Source: Carpediemonas membranifera BICM (Eukaryota; Protista; Fornicata). Taken from it: DNA of 64,000 bases. Location of the stretch: contig JAHDYR010000012.1 of assembly GCA_019828565.1 (NCBI GenBank), positions 1,054,001 through 1,118,000 of the forward strand, in the 5' to 3' direction. Positions within the stretch are counted from its first letter, which is position 1. The number at the start of each line of letters is the position of its first letter. Shown here piece by piece: positions 54,795 to 64,000 of this stretch. The notes beneath the pieces were generated by a model. It saw nothing but the letters and a program-made list of their open reading frames with translations, was not told the origin of the DNA and did not search any database. A program made the position numbers and the translations under genes.

Positions 54795-54919
54795 CCACAC
54801 ATAGTGCCCTACTCCCCAAGGCCCCCAGTAGCTATAAGGTGCGTCGCTGTGTCGGCCTTCATCAGTCCAATCGTCGGTAAAATCAAACTGTGCGACTCAT
54901 TTTAATACAGTGCAGCCGT

Positions 54920-55549
54920 TCACGTGTTGGTGGGGGGCGACCGCATGAATGGGTTCCGCCGAGTGCCCTCCAGCCCCGTCGCAGACAGTGGGATGCTCCT
55001 CGTGCTCACACCCGACTTGGCCGGCGGGCCCACAGTCGGCCTTGGGGGGGGATTCGGCGAGTCCTCCGCTTCCGGCACGTGTGCGTCGGGCCGGCCTGGC
55101 TGGCCCTCTGTCACGTCCCTGGGCTCGGTGTCATCCCCCTGCTGTATCTCGATGACCTCCTCCGTGGCATACTCATCCGACACTGTCGCGGGGGCGGTCC
55201 TCGACTGATACATCGTCATCGACGGCGGAGCATGGCGGGCCTGGGGCATAGGGGAAGCGGCGCTGAGGGCCAGAGAGCTCCGTGGGCCGGTGCTATGATG
55301 AGTTCCGGGAACAGGGAGCTGGAGGTGCGACGCATCCTGCCACCGCGACGGCGTGGAGACAGGATCAGGTACTGGAATGTTCATTGCCCTGCACGCATGT
55401 TCTATGGCCGCTGCTGAGCGCTGAAGAAGCATGGTGATGTCTGTTGGGCGACTCTCCCGGAAACCAGACATAGGGGATTGGGAATACGCAGAAGACGCAC
55501 CATATGGGTTTGAGGTCTGTGAAGGTGATCCGTAAAACGAATTAGCCAT
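54920..55549 (-). CDS. Hypothetical low-complexity protein
   Basis: S/P/T-rich ORF; start uncertain. Confidence 0.45.
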   Translation of the reverse strand: MANSFYGSPSQTSNPYGASSAYSQSPMSGFRESRPTDITMLLQRSAAAIEHACRAMNIPVPDPVSTPSRWQDASHLQLPVPGTHHSTGPRSSLALSAASPMPQARHAPPSMTMYQSRTAPATVSDEYATEEVIEIQQGDDTEPRDVTEGQPGRPDAHVPEAEDSPNPPPRPTVGPPAKSGVSTRSIPLSATGLEGTRRNPFMRSPPTNT

Positions 55550-55615
55550 CGAATGCTGCCCGTTTAGCATGGCTAGCAATTCTCGATTTTTCGCAGGATA
55601 ACGCCGGGCGCGGCA

Positions 55616-56296
55616 TTGAATCTCCTCCGGTGCTCTCACCGCATACTCATCCTTACTGGAGCCGGGATCAGCGTCTCGTGCGGAATCCCGGACTTCAGGA
55701 GCTCGGGTGGGCTATACGACACCGTGCGCCGAGAGTACCCACACCTCGAAGACCCGACCCAGCTCTTCGACCTCGACTACTTCCGAAAGGACCCCAGTCT
55801 GTTCTACTCGTTCGCCCACCGCATCCTCCCCGACACCCGCACCCGCCCGTCTCTGGCCCACTGGTTCATCGCAAAGCTGGAGCGGCGGGGCCAGCTGTTG
55901 CGGAACTACACGCAGAACATCGACTGCCTCGAGCGGCAGGCCGGCATCAGACGGTGCGTGCAGTGCCACGGCAACTTCGACCGCAACATCTGCGTCGGCT
56001 GTGGCCGGACGTGTCCAGATGACGACTACGTCGCCGACTGCATCGAGAACCGCAAGGTACCGTTCTGCCAGTTCTGCAACAACCCTGTCAAGCCCGACGT
56101 GACGTTCTTCGGGGGCGGCCTCAACCAGCAGTTCGACGACAACATCGACCTGGACCTCTCCCAGGCCGACCTCCTCATCGTCATGGGGTCGTCACTCCAA
56201 GTACAGCCCGTCTGCAACATCATTCGGGAGATCCCCTTACAGTCTCGTGTTTACTACATGGTTTGTGCAAACACGATCGCCCACACAAACCGGTGA
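55616..56296 (+). CDS. Class I sirtuin (Sir2/SIRT1-like) core; start codon unresolved
   Basis: ILILTGAGISVSCGIPDFRS, LRNYTQNIDCLE, QCHGNF, CVGC..CQFC, KPDVTFFG, GSSLQVQPV. Confidence 0.85.
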   Translation: MNLLRCSHRILILTGAGISVSCGIPDFRSSGGLYDTVRREYPHLEDPTQLFDLDYFRKDPSLFYSFAHRILPDTRTRPSLAHWFIAKLERRGQLLRNYTQNIDCLERQAGIRRCVQCHGNFDRNICVGCGRTCPDDDYVADCIENRKVPFCQFCNNPVKPDVTFFGGGLNQQFDDNIDLDLSQADLLIVMGSSLQVQPVCNIIREIPLQSRVYYMVCANTIAHTNR

Positions 56297-56343
56297 TTCA
56301 TCCAATCTTACTGTCTGCCTCGTGAAGTGAGCGACCGCGAAAA

Positions 56344-57000
56344 TCAACCGGGAAACAGCGCGGGCAGCGCCAGCTCAGTGTCAATCATGCGACTGGCGCA
56401 CGCGGTGAGGTCTTTGCTGAGGAGTCCGATGATGTTGTGCTTGATGAGGCCATCGATCTCCACCATCTGGGTGATGTCCGACTGGGACGGCACCGGGAGT
56501 CCGTTCACAGACACCACCATCCGCTGGTACACGCACTTTAGGACGTCCAGCAAACTTGGAAGCACCTGCCAGTAGTCGGGGCAGACTAGCGGGGTGTCGA
56601 TCGTCACCAGCGTGCCCCGGTTTCCTTCGGTGGGCGCCGGTTTCGTGTTCGAGAATGTACTCTTGATGAGTTGGACGCCCTGTAGCGCCGTATTGCGGCC
56701 CCTGAAGTCGAACCTCTCGAGCATGGCGAGCAACGCATGGCGAAAGTCTGCAGGGTTCGAGAAATGGAGAATTGAACCAAGTGAGTGGCCTAGTTTGAAC
56801 CACTGAAGTGCTCTCACCTGAAGTTGGCTCTCGCTATAGAAGTGCTTCAGTGTTTCGCGGTTAATCACCACTAATCCAAGCCACGTGATGCTCTTATTGG
56901 ACTTTGGCGCATGAATCTCCATTAAATATTGAATCTCGCTTGATCGCTCTACGAATAACTGCTCGATCTGCCCTACTCGGCTTGCTGGCGAGGGTTGCAT
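56344..57000 (-). CDS. Hypothetical globular protein
   Basis: 218-aa ATG-initiated ORF with normal composition. Confidence 0.6.
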   Translation of the reverse strand: MQPSPASRVGQIEQLFVERSSEIQYLMEIHAPKSNKSITWLGLVVINRETLKHFYSESQLQVRALQWFKLGHSLGSILHFSNPADFRHALLAMLERFDFRGRNTALQGVQLIKSTFSNTKPAPTEGNRGTLVTIDTPLVCPDYWQVLPSLLDVLKCVYQRMVVSVNGLPVPSQSDITQMVEIDGLIKHNIIGLLSKDLTACASRMIDTELALPALFPG

Positions 57001-57168
57001 ATCTCTGCCGAATGTGCAGTTTATGACCAGGGCAACTGGCGCTTCCCGAGGGAGGTATCAGGCAACGCCGCTAAGGATACCAGTCGCTATTGTACTCTCT
57101 GGCCATCTCATCGGGGAGCTGCCTGCACTGATCGATAACCATCATCCGTAGTATGTTTATATGTGCAG

Positions 57169-59118
57169 TTAGTCGAGCTCCTCGACGGTGGGGCCCGCGC
57201 CTGAGGGAGCCGCGCCGGGCATACCGCCAGGCATGCCACCGGGCATACCGCCCATGCCACCCATGTCGGGCATGCCGCCCTGGGCCTCGGAGTAGAGCTT
57301 GGTCATGATGGGGGTCGAGACTTCCTCGAGCTCCTTCTTCTTGGCATCGAACTCCTCCTTCTCGGAGTCGACGTGAGTGTCGAGCCAGCTCATGACGTTC
57401 TTGATCTCGGACTCAAGCTTCTCCTTGTCCTCAGCGGAGATCTTGTCCTTGAACTTCTCGTCCTCGATGGTGTTGCGGAGGGAGTAGGCGAAGTTCTCGA
57501 GGCCATTGCGGGCCTCGATCTTCTCACGCACCTTCTCGTCGTCAGCCTTGAACCGCTCGGCGTCCGAAACCATGCGCTCGATATCCTCCTTGGAGAGGCG
57601 ACCGGAGTCGTTGGTGATCGTGATCTGCTGGCGGTTGCCCGAGCTCTTGTCCTCGGCGGTGACCTGGAGGATGCCGTTGGCGTCGATGTCGAACGACACC
57701 TCGATCTTCGGGACGCCGCGGGGGGCGGGCGGAATGCCGTTCAGGTCGAAGGTGCCGAGCTTGTTGCAGTCGCGTGTGCGGGCGCGCTCGCCCTCGAAGA
57801 CCTGGATGGTCACGGCGGGCTGGTTGTCGGCGAAGGTGGAGAAGGTCTCCTTGGCGTGCGCGGGGATAGTGGTGTTGCGCTTGATGAGGGTGGTCATCAC
57901 GCCGCCGGCGGTCTCAATGCCGAGTGAGAGGGGCGTGACGTCGAGCAGGAGGAGGTCGGAGACCTTCTCGGACTTGTCCCCGGAGAGGATGGCGGCCTGG
58001 ACGGCGGCACCGTAGGCGACGGCCTCATCGGGGTTGATGTTCTTGCAGGGCTCCTTGCCGTTGAAGAAGTCCTTGAGCAGCTGCTGCACCTTGGGGATGC
58101 GGGTTGAGCCACCAACGAGCACGATCTCGTGGATCTTGGTCTTGTCGAGCTTGGCATCGGTGAGCACGCGCTGGACGGGGTCGATGCAGGCACGGAAGAG
58201 GTCACCGCAGAGGTCCTCGAAGCGGGCACGGGTGATGTTAGTGAAGAAGTCGACGCCCTCGTAGAGAGAGTCGATCTCGATGGCGGCCTGGGTGGAGGAG
58301 GACAGGGTGCGTTTGGCGCGCTCGCAGGCGGTGCGGAGACGGTGCATTGAGCGGGCGTTGCCAGTGATGTCCATCTTGTGCTTGCGCTTGAACTCAGTCA
58401 CGAAGTGGTTGACCATGCGGCTGTCGAAATCCTCGCCGCCGAGGTGAGTGTCACCAGCTGTGGCCTTGACCTCGAAGATGCCCTCGTCGATGGTGAGCAG
58501 AGAGACATCGAAGGTGCCACCGCCAAGATCGAAGATCAGGATGTTCTTCTCACTCTCGGACTTGTTGTCGAGGCCGTAGGCGATAGCGGCGGCGGTGGGC
58601 TCGTTGATGATGCGGAGGACCTCGAGGCCGGCGATCTGGCCGGCGTCCTTGGTAGCCTGGCGCTGCGAGTCGTTGAAGTAAGCGGGGACGGTGATGACAG
58701 CCTTCTTAACGTCCTTGCCGAGGTAGGACTCGGCGGTCTCCTTCATCTTCTGGAGGACCATGCCGGAGATCTCCTCGACTTGGAAGGTGCGGGCCTCACC
58801 CTTGTGCTGAACCTGGATGACGGGCTTGTCCCCGGCGCCAGAAACGACCTTGAAGCTGTAGTGGAGCATATCCTGCTGTACCTCGCGGTCGTTAAATCTG
58901 CGGCCGATGAGACGCTTGGCGTCGAAGACTGTGTTGGCAGGGTTCATGGCGGTCTGGTTCTTAGCAGCCTCGCCAATGAGACGCTCATCCTCGTTGAAGG
59001 CGACGTAGGAGGGGGTTGTGCGGTTACCCTGATCGTTAGCGATGATCTCAACGCGGTCGTTCATGAAGACACCAACGCAAGAATATGTAGTACCAAGATC
59101 AATACCAACTGCGGCCAT
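57169..59118 (-). CDS. HSP70: Cytosolic Hsp70
   Basis: [40 protein letters not shown] repeats, terminal GPTVEELD. Confidence 0.98.
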   Translation of the reverse strand: MAAVGIDLGTTYSCVGVFMNDRVEIIANDQGNRTTPSYVAFNEDERLIGEAAKNQTAMNPANTVFDAKRLIGRRFNDREVQQDMLHYSFKVVSGAGDKPVIQVQHKGEARTFQVEEISGMVLQKMKETAESYLGKDVKKAVITVPAYFNDSQRQATKDAGQIAGLEVLRIINEPTAAAIAYGLDNKSESEKNILIFDLGGGTFDVSLLTIDEGIFEVKATAGDTHLGGEDFDSRMVNHFVTEFKRKHKMDITGNARSMHRLRTACERAKRTLSSSTQAAIEIDSLYEGVDFFTNITRARFEDLCGDLFRACIDPVQRVLTDAKLDKTKIHEIVLVGGSTRIPKVQQLLKDFFNGKEPCKNINPDEAVAYGAAVQAAILSGDKSEKVSDLLLLDVTPLSLGIETAGGVMTTLIKRNTTIPAHAKETFSTFADNQPAVTIQVFEGERARTRDCNKLGTFDLNGIPPAPRGVPKIEVSFDIDANGILQVTAEDKSSGNRQQITITNDSGRLSKEDIERMVSDAERFKADDEKVREKIEARNGLENFAYSLRNTIEDEKFKDKISAEDKEKLESEIKNVMSWLDTHVDSEKEEFDAKKKELEEVSTPIMTKLYSEAQGGMPDMGGMGGMPGGMPGGMPGAAPSGAGPTVEELD

Positions 59119-59586
59119 TATGCGGTCTATGTAAGGAGTAAAGGGCCCTCGTGGCTTTTAAAACCGCTCTCAGCGAGAAGAGGGCAATAACGAACATCGA
59201 AGTGACAATGCCAGGCCGGAATCGATTCGACTCGGCGACTCGGCCGATTGATTCGCATGCCGTGAGAGGTTGCAGATTATGGAGATTCAAAACTGACGCA
59301 TACATTCAGTGAGAGACCATGAATGCCAATCTTGTTGAGGACTCGTTGGACTTTTGGACAAAATTGCGGCCGAGTTATTCATTTGATTTGAGGAGGGCAC
59401 ATCATAATCGGCTGACCTCGCTCATCTCAACTCAGCTAAAATCAAACCCTTTATGACCATCACCCTGACCCTTGGTCTCGTCTCGATGAATCAGCCTCGC
59501 CAAAGTCGAGCCAATCCGCGCACCGGGGTCCGATGCTCAGCTGGATACTCAGCTAATGCCGCAGTTTAAAGTTATCCGGATCAAGT

Positions 59587-60339
59587 TCACTCGACGAGCT
59601 CCATAATGTATATCTTGACTGTCCTGCGGATCTCGATGTCGCCGGGGTCCTCCTCGAACATGACGGGCATCCTCACCGGGTCCAGCTCGGTCACGGCAAA
59701 GCAGCACTCTCCGTTGGACACCACAGTACGGTCCACAGCAAGGTCGAAGAAAGCAAGGTCCTTGTGCTGAAGCCAGGGCCGATGGGACGAGAATGCCACC
59801 CGGACAACACCGCCAGGGGCAAGGCACTCGCGGCAGGTCCGCAGGAGAGCGCCGTGCTGCGAGTGGTTGAACAGCAGGTCAGAGAGGATTATGACGTCGA
59901 ACAGGCCATCCGCCAGCAGAGGCGCTGTGTCTGAGCCCCACGCAAAGCCGGCCACGTGAACGTCACAGGCAGTGTCCTTCGTGTTCCGGTTAATGTTGGT
60001 CTGCAGGCGCTCGATCAGCTCCTCGTCGGGGTAGTCTGTGGCGTACACCGCGGCAGCTCCGTTCAAGCAGGAGGCAATCGAGGCCAAGCCGGCGCCAGAA
60101 CCGAGTTCAAGGACGCGCTTGCCCCGGACGTCGATTATTCCCTCGTCCATCTGATTCAAGATGACGCGGGAGGCGTTCCACAGCACGTGGCCCCACAGAG
60201 AGTGCTCTGGGGCAAGATCCAACACAATTTTCTCCCCATTGCCCCTCTCAACCATAGTTTGGGACGCCGCTTTGCGTTCCTTAAAGTATCCGTCTGGTTC
60301 TTGGAATAAGTCCACGGCAATTTCCTCGGAATCGCTCAT
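59587..60339 (-). CDS. EFM7/NNT1-like protein methyltransferase (family 16)
   Basis: DLFQEPDGYF, HSLWGHVLWNA, VLELGSGAGL, TDYPD, SDLLFNHSQH, FSSHRPWL, MFEEDPGD. Confidence 0.9.
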   Translation of the reverse strand: MSDSEEIAVDLFQEPDGYFKERKAASQTMVERGNGEKIVLDLAPEHSLWGHVLWNASRVILNQMDEGIIDVRGKRVLELGSGAGLASIASCLNGAAAVYATDYPDEELIERLQTNINRNTKDTACDVHVAGFAWGSDTAPLLADGLFDVIILSDLLFNHSQHGALLRTCRECLAPGGVVRVAFSSHRPWLQHKDLAFFDLAVDRTVVSNGECCFAVTELDPVRMPVMFEEDPGDIEIRRTVKIYIMELVE

Positions 60340-60383
60340 TCGTTCGACGGAGACCGGTGTACTATTCTGCTCGCCGTCGCATT

Positions 60384-62661
60384 GAAGTCTGCTGTATGCG
60401 ATTGAGAGTTACTTTACTGCTTGCACTGTGCACTCTATGATACTTCATTACCCCTTCCCGCTCTCCCTTCCTTCTTCTTGAGAGTGATATTTCGATAGTC
60501 AGTCATCATCGTCGGGGGTCATCAATCAGTGCTTCTCCAGTCCTCTCGCCAAGCAACTAGCTTCCCACCTATCGTCTACCCCATCTTACTTCCATCCGCT
60601 CTCTTCTGCTTGTCGGATTTCGGGGTCTTGATCATGACGTCTTTGCAATCATCACCATGGCACCTTCCATCGCACAGCGGGCTCTTCTATGCCGCTGCCT
60701 GAAGATAAAACATTTCAGTTCTTCTAATTCTCGCCATTATCACTGCATAGTCTCGTTCATTAAACGTCTGTCGTCTTTGATGTGTGTTGTTAACAAGTGA
60801 ACGGTTCATTCACCGCAAAACGCAGAGCTTCGCATGACCAGCATCTATACGGTCAAGTTCTCCATATCCTCTCCGCATAACCGTAGAAACGTGATTCCTT
60901 TCATCGCGGACTTCTACGCCGGATTGGAGAAAATACGCCGCAGTTCGGCAGGCTGTCACCTCAATAGCCGAGATGCCACTGTGGCATGGCGAGTTCATCA
61001 TCCGCCTCTGCACCGCCCTCATGGCAGCTCGTCAACAGTGCCCTCGCGAGTTCGACGTGTGGCTGGGCGAATATGCCACGAGCACCAAGCTGTGGCTCGT
61101 CAATGCCCTTGAAGGTTACTGCTGGCGCCTGGCGAAGATCATCACTCGGGTCGACACTGCCCTGACTCAGCGTGATCCAGACGTGCCCCGGGACGACATC
61201 ACCCGGTTGCGCACCGAACAACGCGCTGTCAAGGCGATCGTTGATGAGCACCTTGCAAAGATCTCAACTCCGGGACGAGTCGACGAGGGCGTTCTACTCA
61301 CGCTGCCCTGCGTCTGGCGGATCTCCGCGGCTCTGGGAGAGCTCACGGATATGGTTGCGGCATTCAACACCGCCCATCCACCTCTTCCGGGTGACAAGCC
61401 GCTGGCTGGCCCCAAGCTTGTTCCGCTTGTCCCGATGGCTCCGATCCGCCCCGGGTTCATGCACGTTCCCTGTTCTCTCAACGTGCTGAACCCGGCTTGG
61501 CTTGCCCCACTTGGGGTCGACCCGGAGCATCACACCACTGAGCGCATGACCCGAGAGCAGCTGGAGGCTCTTCCTCCGAACATCCGTCGGGTGCTGTCTG
61601 TCAAGACAGATGGGGTCGCCGTGGACCTCACGGTCCAAGTTGGTGCTCTGCCATACGTCAGCAGACGTGCCAGTGGCAACCCGACGATGAAGCGAAAGGC
61701 TCGGGAGCGTCTGGGTGTGGATGACGCAGATGCTCGCCCCGCGCCAGACCCCGATGCCCACCTCATGGGTTTCGACCCGGGTGCTCGGGCTCTGGGTGGA
61801 TTCTTCATCCGCCACCCAGATGGCACCACCAGCTCCGGTGTGGTCCCGAAGTGTGGGTACACCAAGACCCCCAGCTTCGCGTTCGATATGACTCCTGCGT
61901 CATTCAAAAGTACAAATCTAAATAGTCTACAAAACTCGATTAGGTTTGTGCTCCTCCACGAGCAGGAAATATTCGACGCTGGGATGGTCAAGAGCTTCCG
62001 CAGAGTGCGCCTGACGAACCACATCTTGCGTCAAAAGCACTTCCACAGAGCTGGGGAGCAGCTTGCTCGCACCCTAGGATGGACTCCTCGGCGACTCCCT
62101 CGCGGTATTGCTCCTCCCCGGGCAGCCCCCACCAGGCTGGTTGTCTTCTACAGAAGCGCTAGATTCAAGACGCCCCGTCGGGTGCATCCATGCGCGCCGT
62201 ATGGTCGCTTTGCAAAATCACTAGCACACATCATGAGAACTTTCAACATCACTGCTGAAGTGCGGATGACTAACGAGTTCCGAACCTCACTCGTCTGCCC
62301 CTTCTGCCGCGCGAGGTTCCGTAGAACTCGCTACACGAGGCGCACGATGCGATGCCACAACCCGAATTGTCAAGGTGCTCCATGGTACAGACAGCAACGC
62401 CTCAATTCCGATCCTACTACATCCACTTGGCTCAATCTCTCCCATAGAGACAAGACTGCTGCACAGAACATCTTGGATTGCAGCCTCATGACGGATGCAC
62501 AGTATAACAAGCCAGTGCTTTCAGAAATCCAGCCCGTCTTCCCAACTATAACCCCAATACACCAATTACGGCTAACCAGCCGCTAGTCTTCGCCTCCGGG
62601 CAAGCTAATTAATTGAAGTGGAGAGACGCACTGCTTGCACTGTGCACTCTATGATACTTCA
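60384..62661 (+). mobile_element. Non-autonomous Fanzor/TnpB-carrying element, copy 2
   Basis: TSD CGCATT at 60378-60383 and 62662-62667; same termini and 32-bp end repeats as copy 1. Confidence 0.92.
60973..62586 (+). CDS. Fanzor (eukaryotic TnpB-family) RuvC nuclease, open frame
   Basis: SVKTDGVAV; RuvC-I HLMGFDPG (D268); RuvC-II TNEFRTS (E435); Zn finger CPFC...CHNPNC; RuvC-III HRDKTAAQNI (D493). Confidence 0.9.
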   Translation: MPLWHGEFIIRLCTALMAARQQCPREFDVWLGEYATSTKLWLVNALEGYCWRLAKIITRVDTALTQRDPDVPRDDITRLRTEQRAVKAIVDEHLAKISTPGRVDEGVLLTLPCVWRISAALGELTDMVAAFNTAHPPLPGDKPLAGPKLVPLVPMAPIRPGFMHVPCSLNVLNPAWLAPLGVDPEHHTTERMTREQLEALPPNIRRVLSVKTDGVAVDLTVQVGALPYVSRRASGNPTMKRKARERLGVDDADARPAPDPDAHLMGFDPGARALGGFFIRHPDGTTSSGVVPKCGYTKTPSFAFDMTPASFKSTNLNSLQNSIRFVLLHEQEIFDAGMVKSFRRVRLTNHILRQKHFHRAGEQLARTLGWTPRRLPRGIAPPRAAPTRLVVFYRSARFKTPRRVHPCAPYGRFAKSLAHIMRTFNITAEVRMTNEFRTSLVCPFCRARFRRTRYTRRTMRCHNPNCQGAPWYRQQRLNSDPTTSTWLNLSHRDKTAAQNILDCSLMTDAQYNKPVLSEIQPVFPTITPIHQLRLTSR

Positions 62662-62681
62662 CGCATTCGATCCGTTTATCC
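62569..62681 (+). ncRNA. Putative omegaRNA 3' scaffold plus flank-derived guide, copy 2
   Basis: CGGCT-AACC-AGCCG, TAG..GCC-TCCG-GGC..CTA and TGAAGT...ACTTCA stems are conserved between copies, followed by a variable flank. Confidence 0.45.
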
Positions 62682-62705
62682 GTCTAAGAGCGAGCTACTG
62701 TACAA

Positions 62706-63479
62706 TCATTGCCGCATAGCTGCGACGCTGTCCTCCAGCAGCCTGAACAGCGTCTCTTCCGTGCTCTTCCGGTCGCGCCGCTCCTGGGCAATTTCCGTCT
62801 GTGTGCGGGTCGCCACGTCCTCCAGCATATTGAACATGGTCTGCTCGGTCTCCTCCCGCACTTTCCTCTCCGTCGCCAGGGTTTCATTCAGCGCGGCGAC
62901 CTCGTCCTCGAGCTTCTTTGCCATGCGGGTATACCGCTCCGACCGATCGTGGTGCTCCATCTCCAGCAGCTCATTCAGCCGCGCGATCTCAGCTGCCACC
63001 TTCTCGTCAACCTCAGCACCCTCCTGCTCCCGAGCCTTCCTGTCGTTGGCAAACTCAAGGCGAAGGGCGAAGCATCGATCATCAATGGTTTTGACGAGCT
63101 TCGCCTCGGCGTCTTTGCGTGTCGACTTCTCGGTCCCGAGGTCGTAGACGACGGTGGACTCGACTTGGCGCAGATTCTTCCCCATGCGCTCGTCCTGCGC
63201 CTCTCGCTCCGATCGAGCAGTGGCAATGGACTGCTGCAACCGAGTGAGGCTGTCTTTCATGTCGTTCATCTTGGTCTCTTCAGCAGCGGCGGACTTGGCG
63301 AGCTTCTCCTCCAGGACACGCAGCTTCACCTCGATGAGCTGGGATCGCGCCTGCTTCTCGTCCTCTAGGCCAGCTTGGAGCGAGCCAAGCTTGTCAGCAA
63401 TCTGTCTCATGCGCATACGGCTGTTCTCAGTGAGTGCTTGCGGTTCTCCCACCGGCATTTGGTGACGAGACTCGTCCAT
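62706..63479 (-). CDS. SF-assemblin / beta-giardin family striated-fibre protein
   Basis: Short Pro-containing head plus a long coiled coil with repeated ERKVREETE/ERRDRKSTEE segments. Confidence 0.8.
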   Translation of the reverse strand: MDESRHQMPVGEPQALTENSRMRMRQIADKLGSLQAGLEDEKQARSQLIEVKLRVLEEKLAKSAAAEETKMNDMKDSLTRLQQSIATARSEREAQDERMGKNLRQVESTVVYDLGTEKSTRKDAEAKLVKTIDDRCFALRLEFANDRKAREQEGAEVDEKVAAEIARLNELLEMEHHDRSERYTRMAKKLEDEVAALNETLATERKVREETEQTMFNMLEDVATRTQTEIAQERRDRKSTEETLFRLLEDSVAAMRQ

Positions 63480-64000
63480 TGTTCTGTCACCAAGGTCAGG
63501 GTCAACCCCAGGTGGGAATGGCGGGACTGCTACGGCCCGGTATGTACTGTGGATGTTGGCCAACAGTGGCATTGCAGCGTGGTCGCCTTGCCTCACTGTC
63601 AAAGAGAATACGATCTCACTGCCGACTTAAAAGATGGGTTATAAACGAGGGGAGGAGGCAGACAGCGCAGTATCAAGTGATTAACTGGCCCTTCCTACAA
63701 CTACGTGGCACAAATGCCGCCTGGCGTTATTCTGCGAATTTTCGGGGCAGGCTTCCACACATGGGCTCTGGCCGGGGATCCGCTCCAACATCACCAAAGA
63801 AGATTGGAAGTGCGCATGGAACTCCTAGAAAGGGAGTTGGCAGTGCGCACAATACGCCTAAGACATCTGTGTTCTCATCTGCAGATATGAAGTATAGGCC
63901 GCACGAGATCGACACACTGTTCAACGCGAAATGCCGAGACCTTGGCATTAAGAGCCTTGGTCCTCAGCTTGAGCGTTTTAGATACTATATGTTTGCTCAC

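Noticed and set aside
57205-57280. Tandem repeats at the HSP70 3' end
   Set aside because: Ordinary GGMP coding repeats
52531-62661. Four copies of a 32-bp repeat beside a Cas12-like RuvC gene, read as a CRISPR array
   Set aside because: The copies are kilobases apart and sit at element ends; there is no repeat-spacer periodicity and no cas1/cas2
52499-62661. One composite transposon or segmental duplication spanning both copies and HSP70
   Set aside because: Each copy has its own distinct TSD and the outermost flanks (TTCAGA, CGCATT) do not match

Overview
Gene-dense, GC-rich eukaryotic DNA, most likely from a flagellated fornicate/metamonad protist such as a Carpediemonas-like organism. 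That assignment is inference from SF-assemblin/beta-giardin, IFT38, very short intergenic gaps, and 28-40 nt introns with GT[ATC][TCA]GT-type donors and a fused branch-point/acceptor (CT[TAC]ACACAG). About 30 host genes are recognisable (MPP10, UTP15, CLUAP1, RAB3GAP1, old yellow enzyme, PNGase, RICTOR, two sirtuins, CAND1, SNU114, legumain, 14-3-3, HSP70, EFM7-like methyltransferase, flavodoxin and a flavodoxin-ferredoxin fusion). The standout is two near-identical (~99.5%) 2.28-kb mobile elements (52499-54774 and 60384-62661). Each carries only a Fanzor/TnpB-type RuvC + Zn-finger nuclease gene and no transposase. Each is bounded by a 6-bp target-site duplication and has an unusual end structure: a 32-bp direct repeat at both ends, each inside a (T)GAAGT...ACTTCA unit, with a minus-strand polypurine tract next to the left unit. 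Both copies sit 44-45 bp upstream of a host start codon. Also notable are a 2-nt micro-exon behind a GC-AG intron in legumain, a probable GT-AT intron, a ~330-nt structured intergenic ncRNA candidate, and a 563-bp inverted duplication shared by two RCC1-like paralogs.
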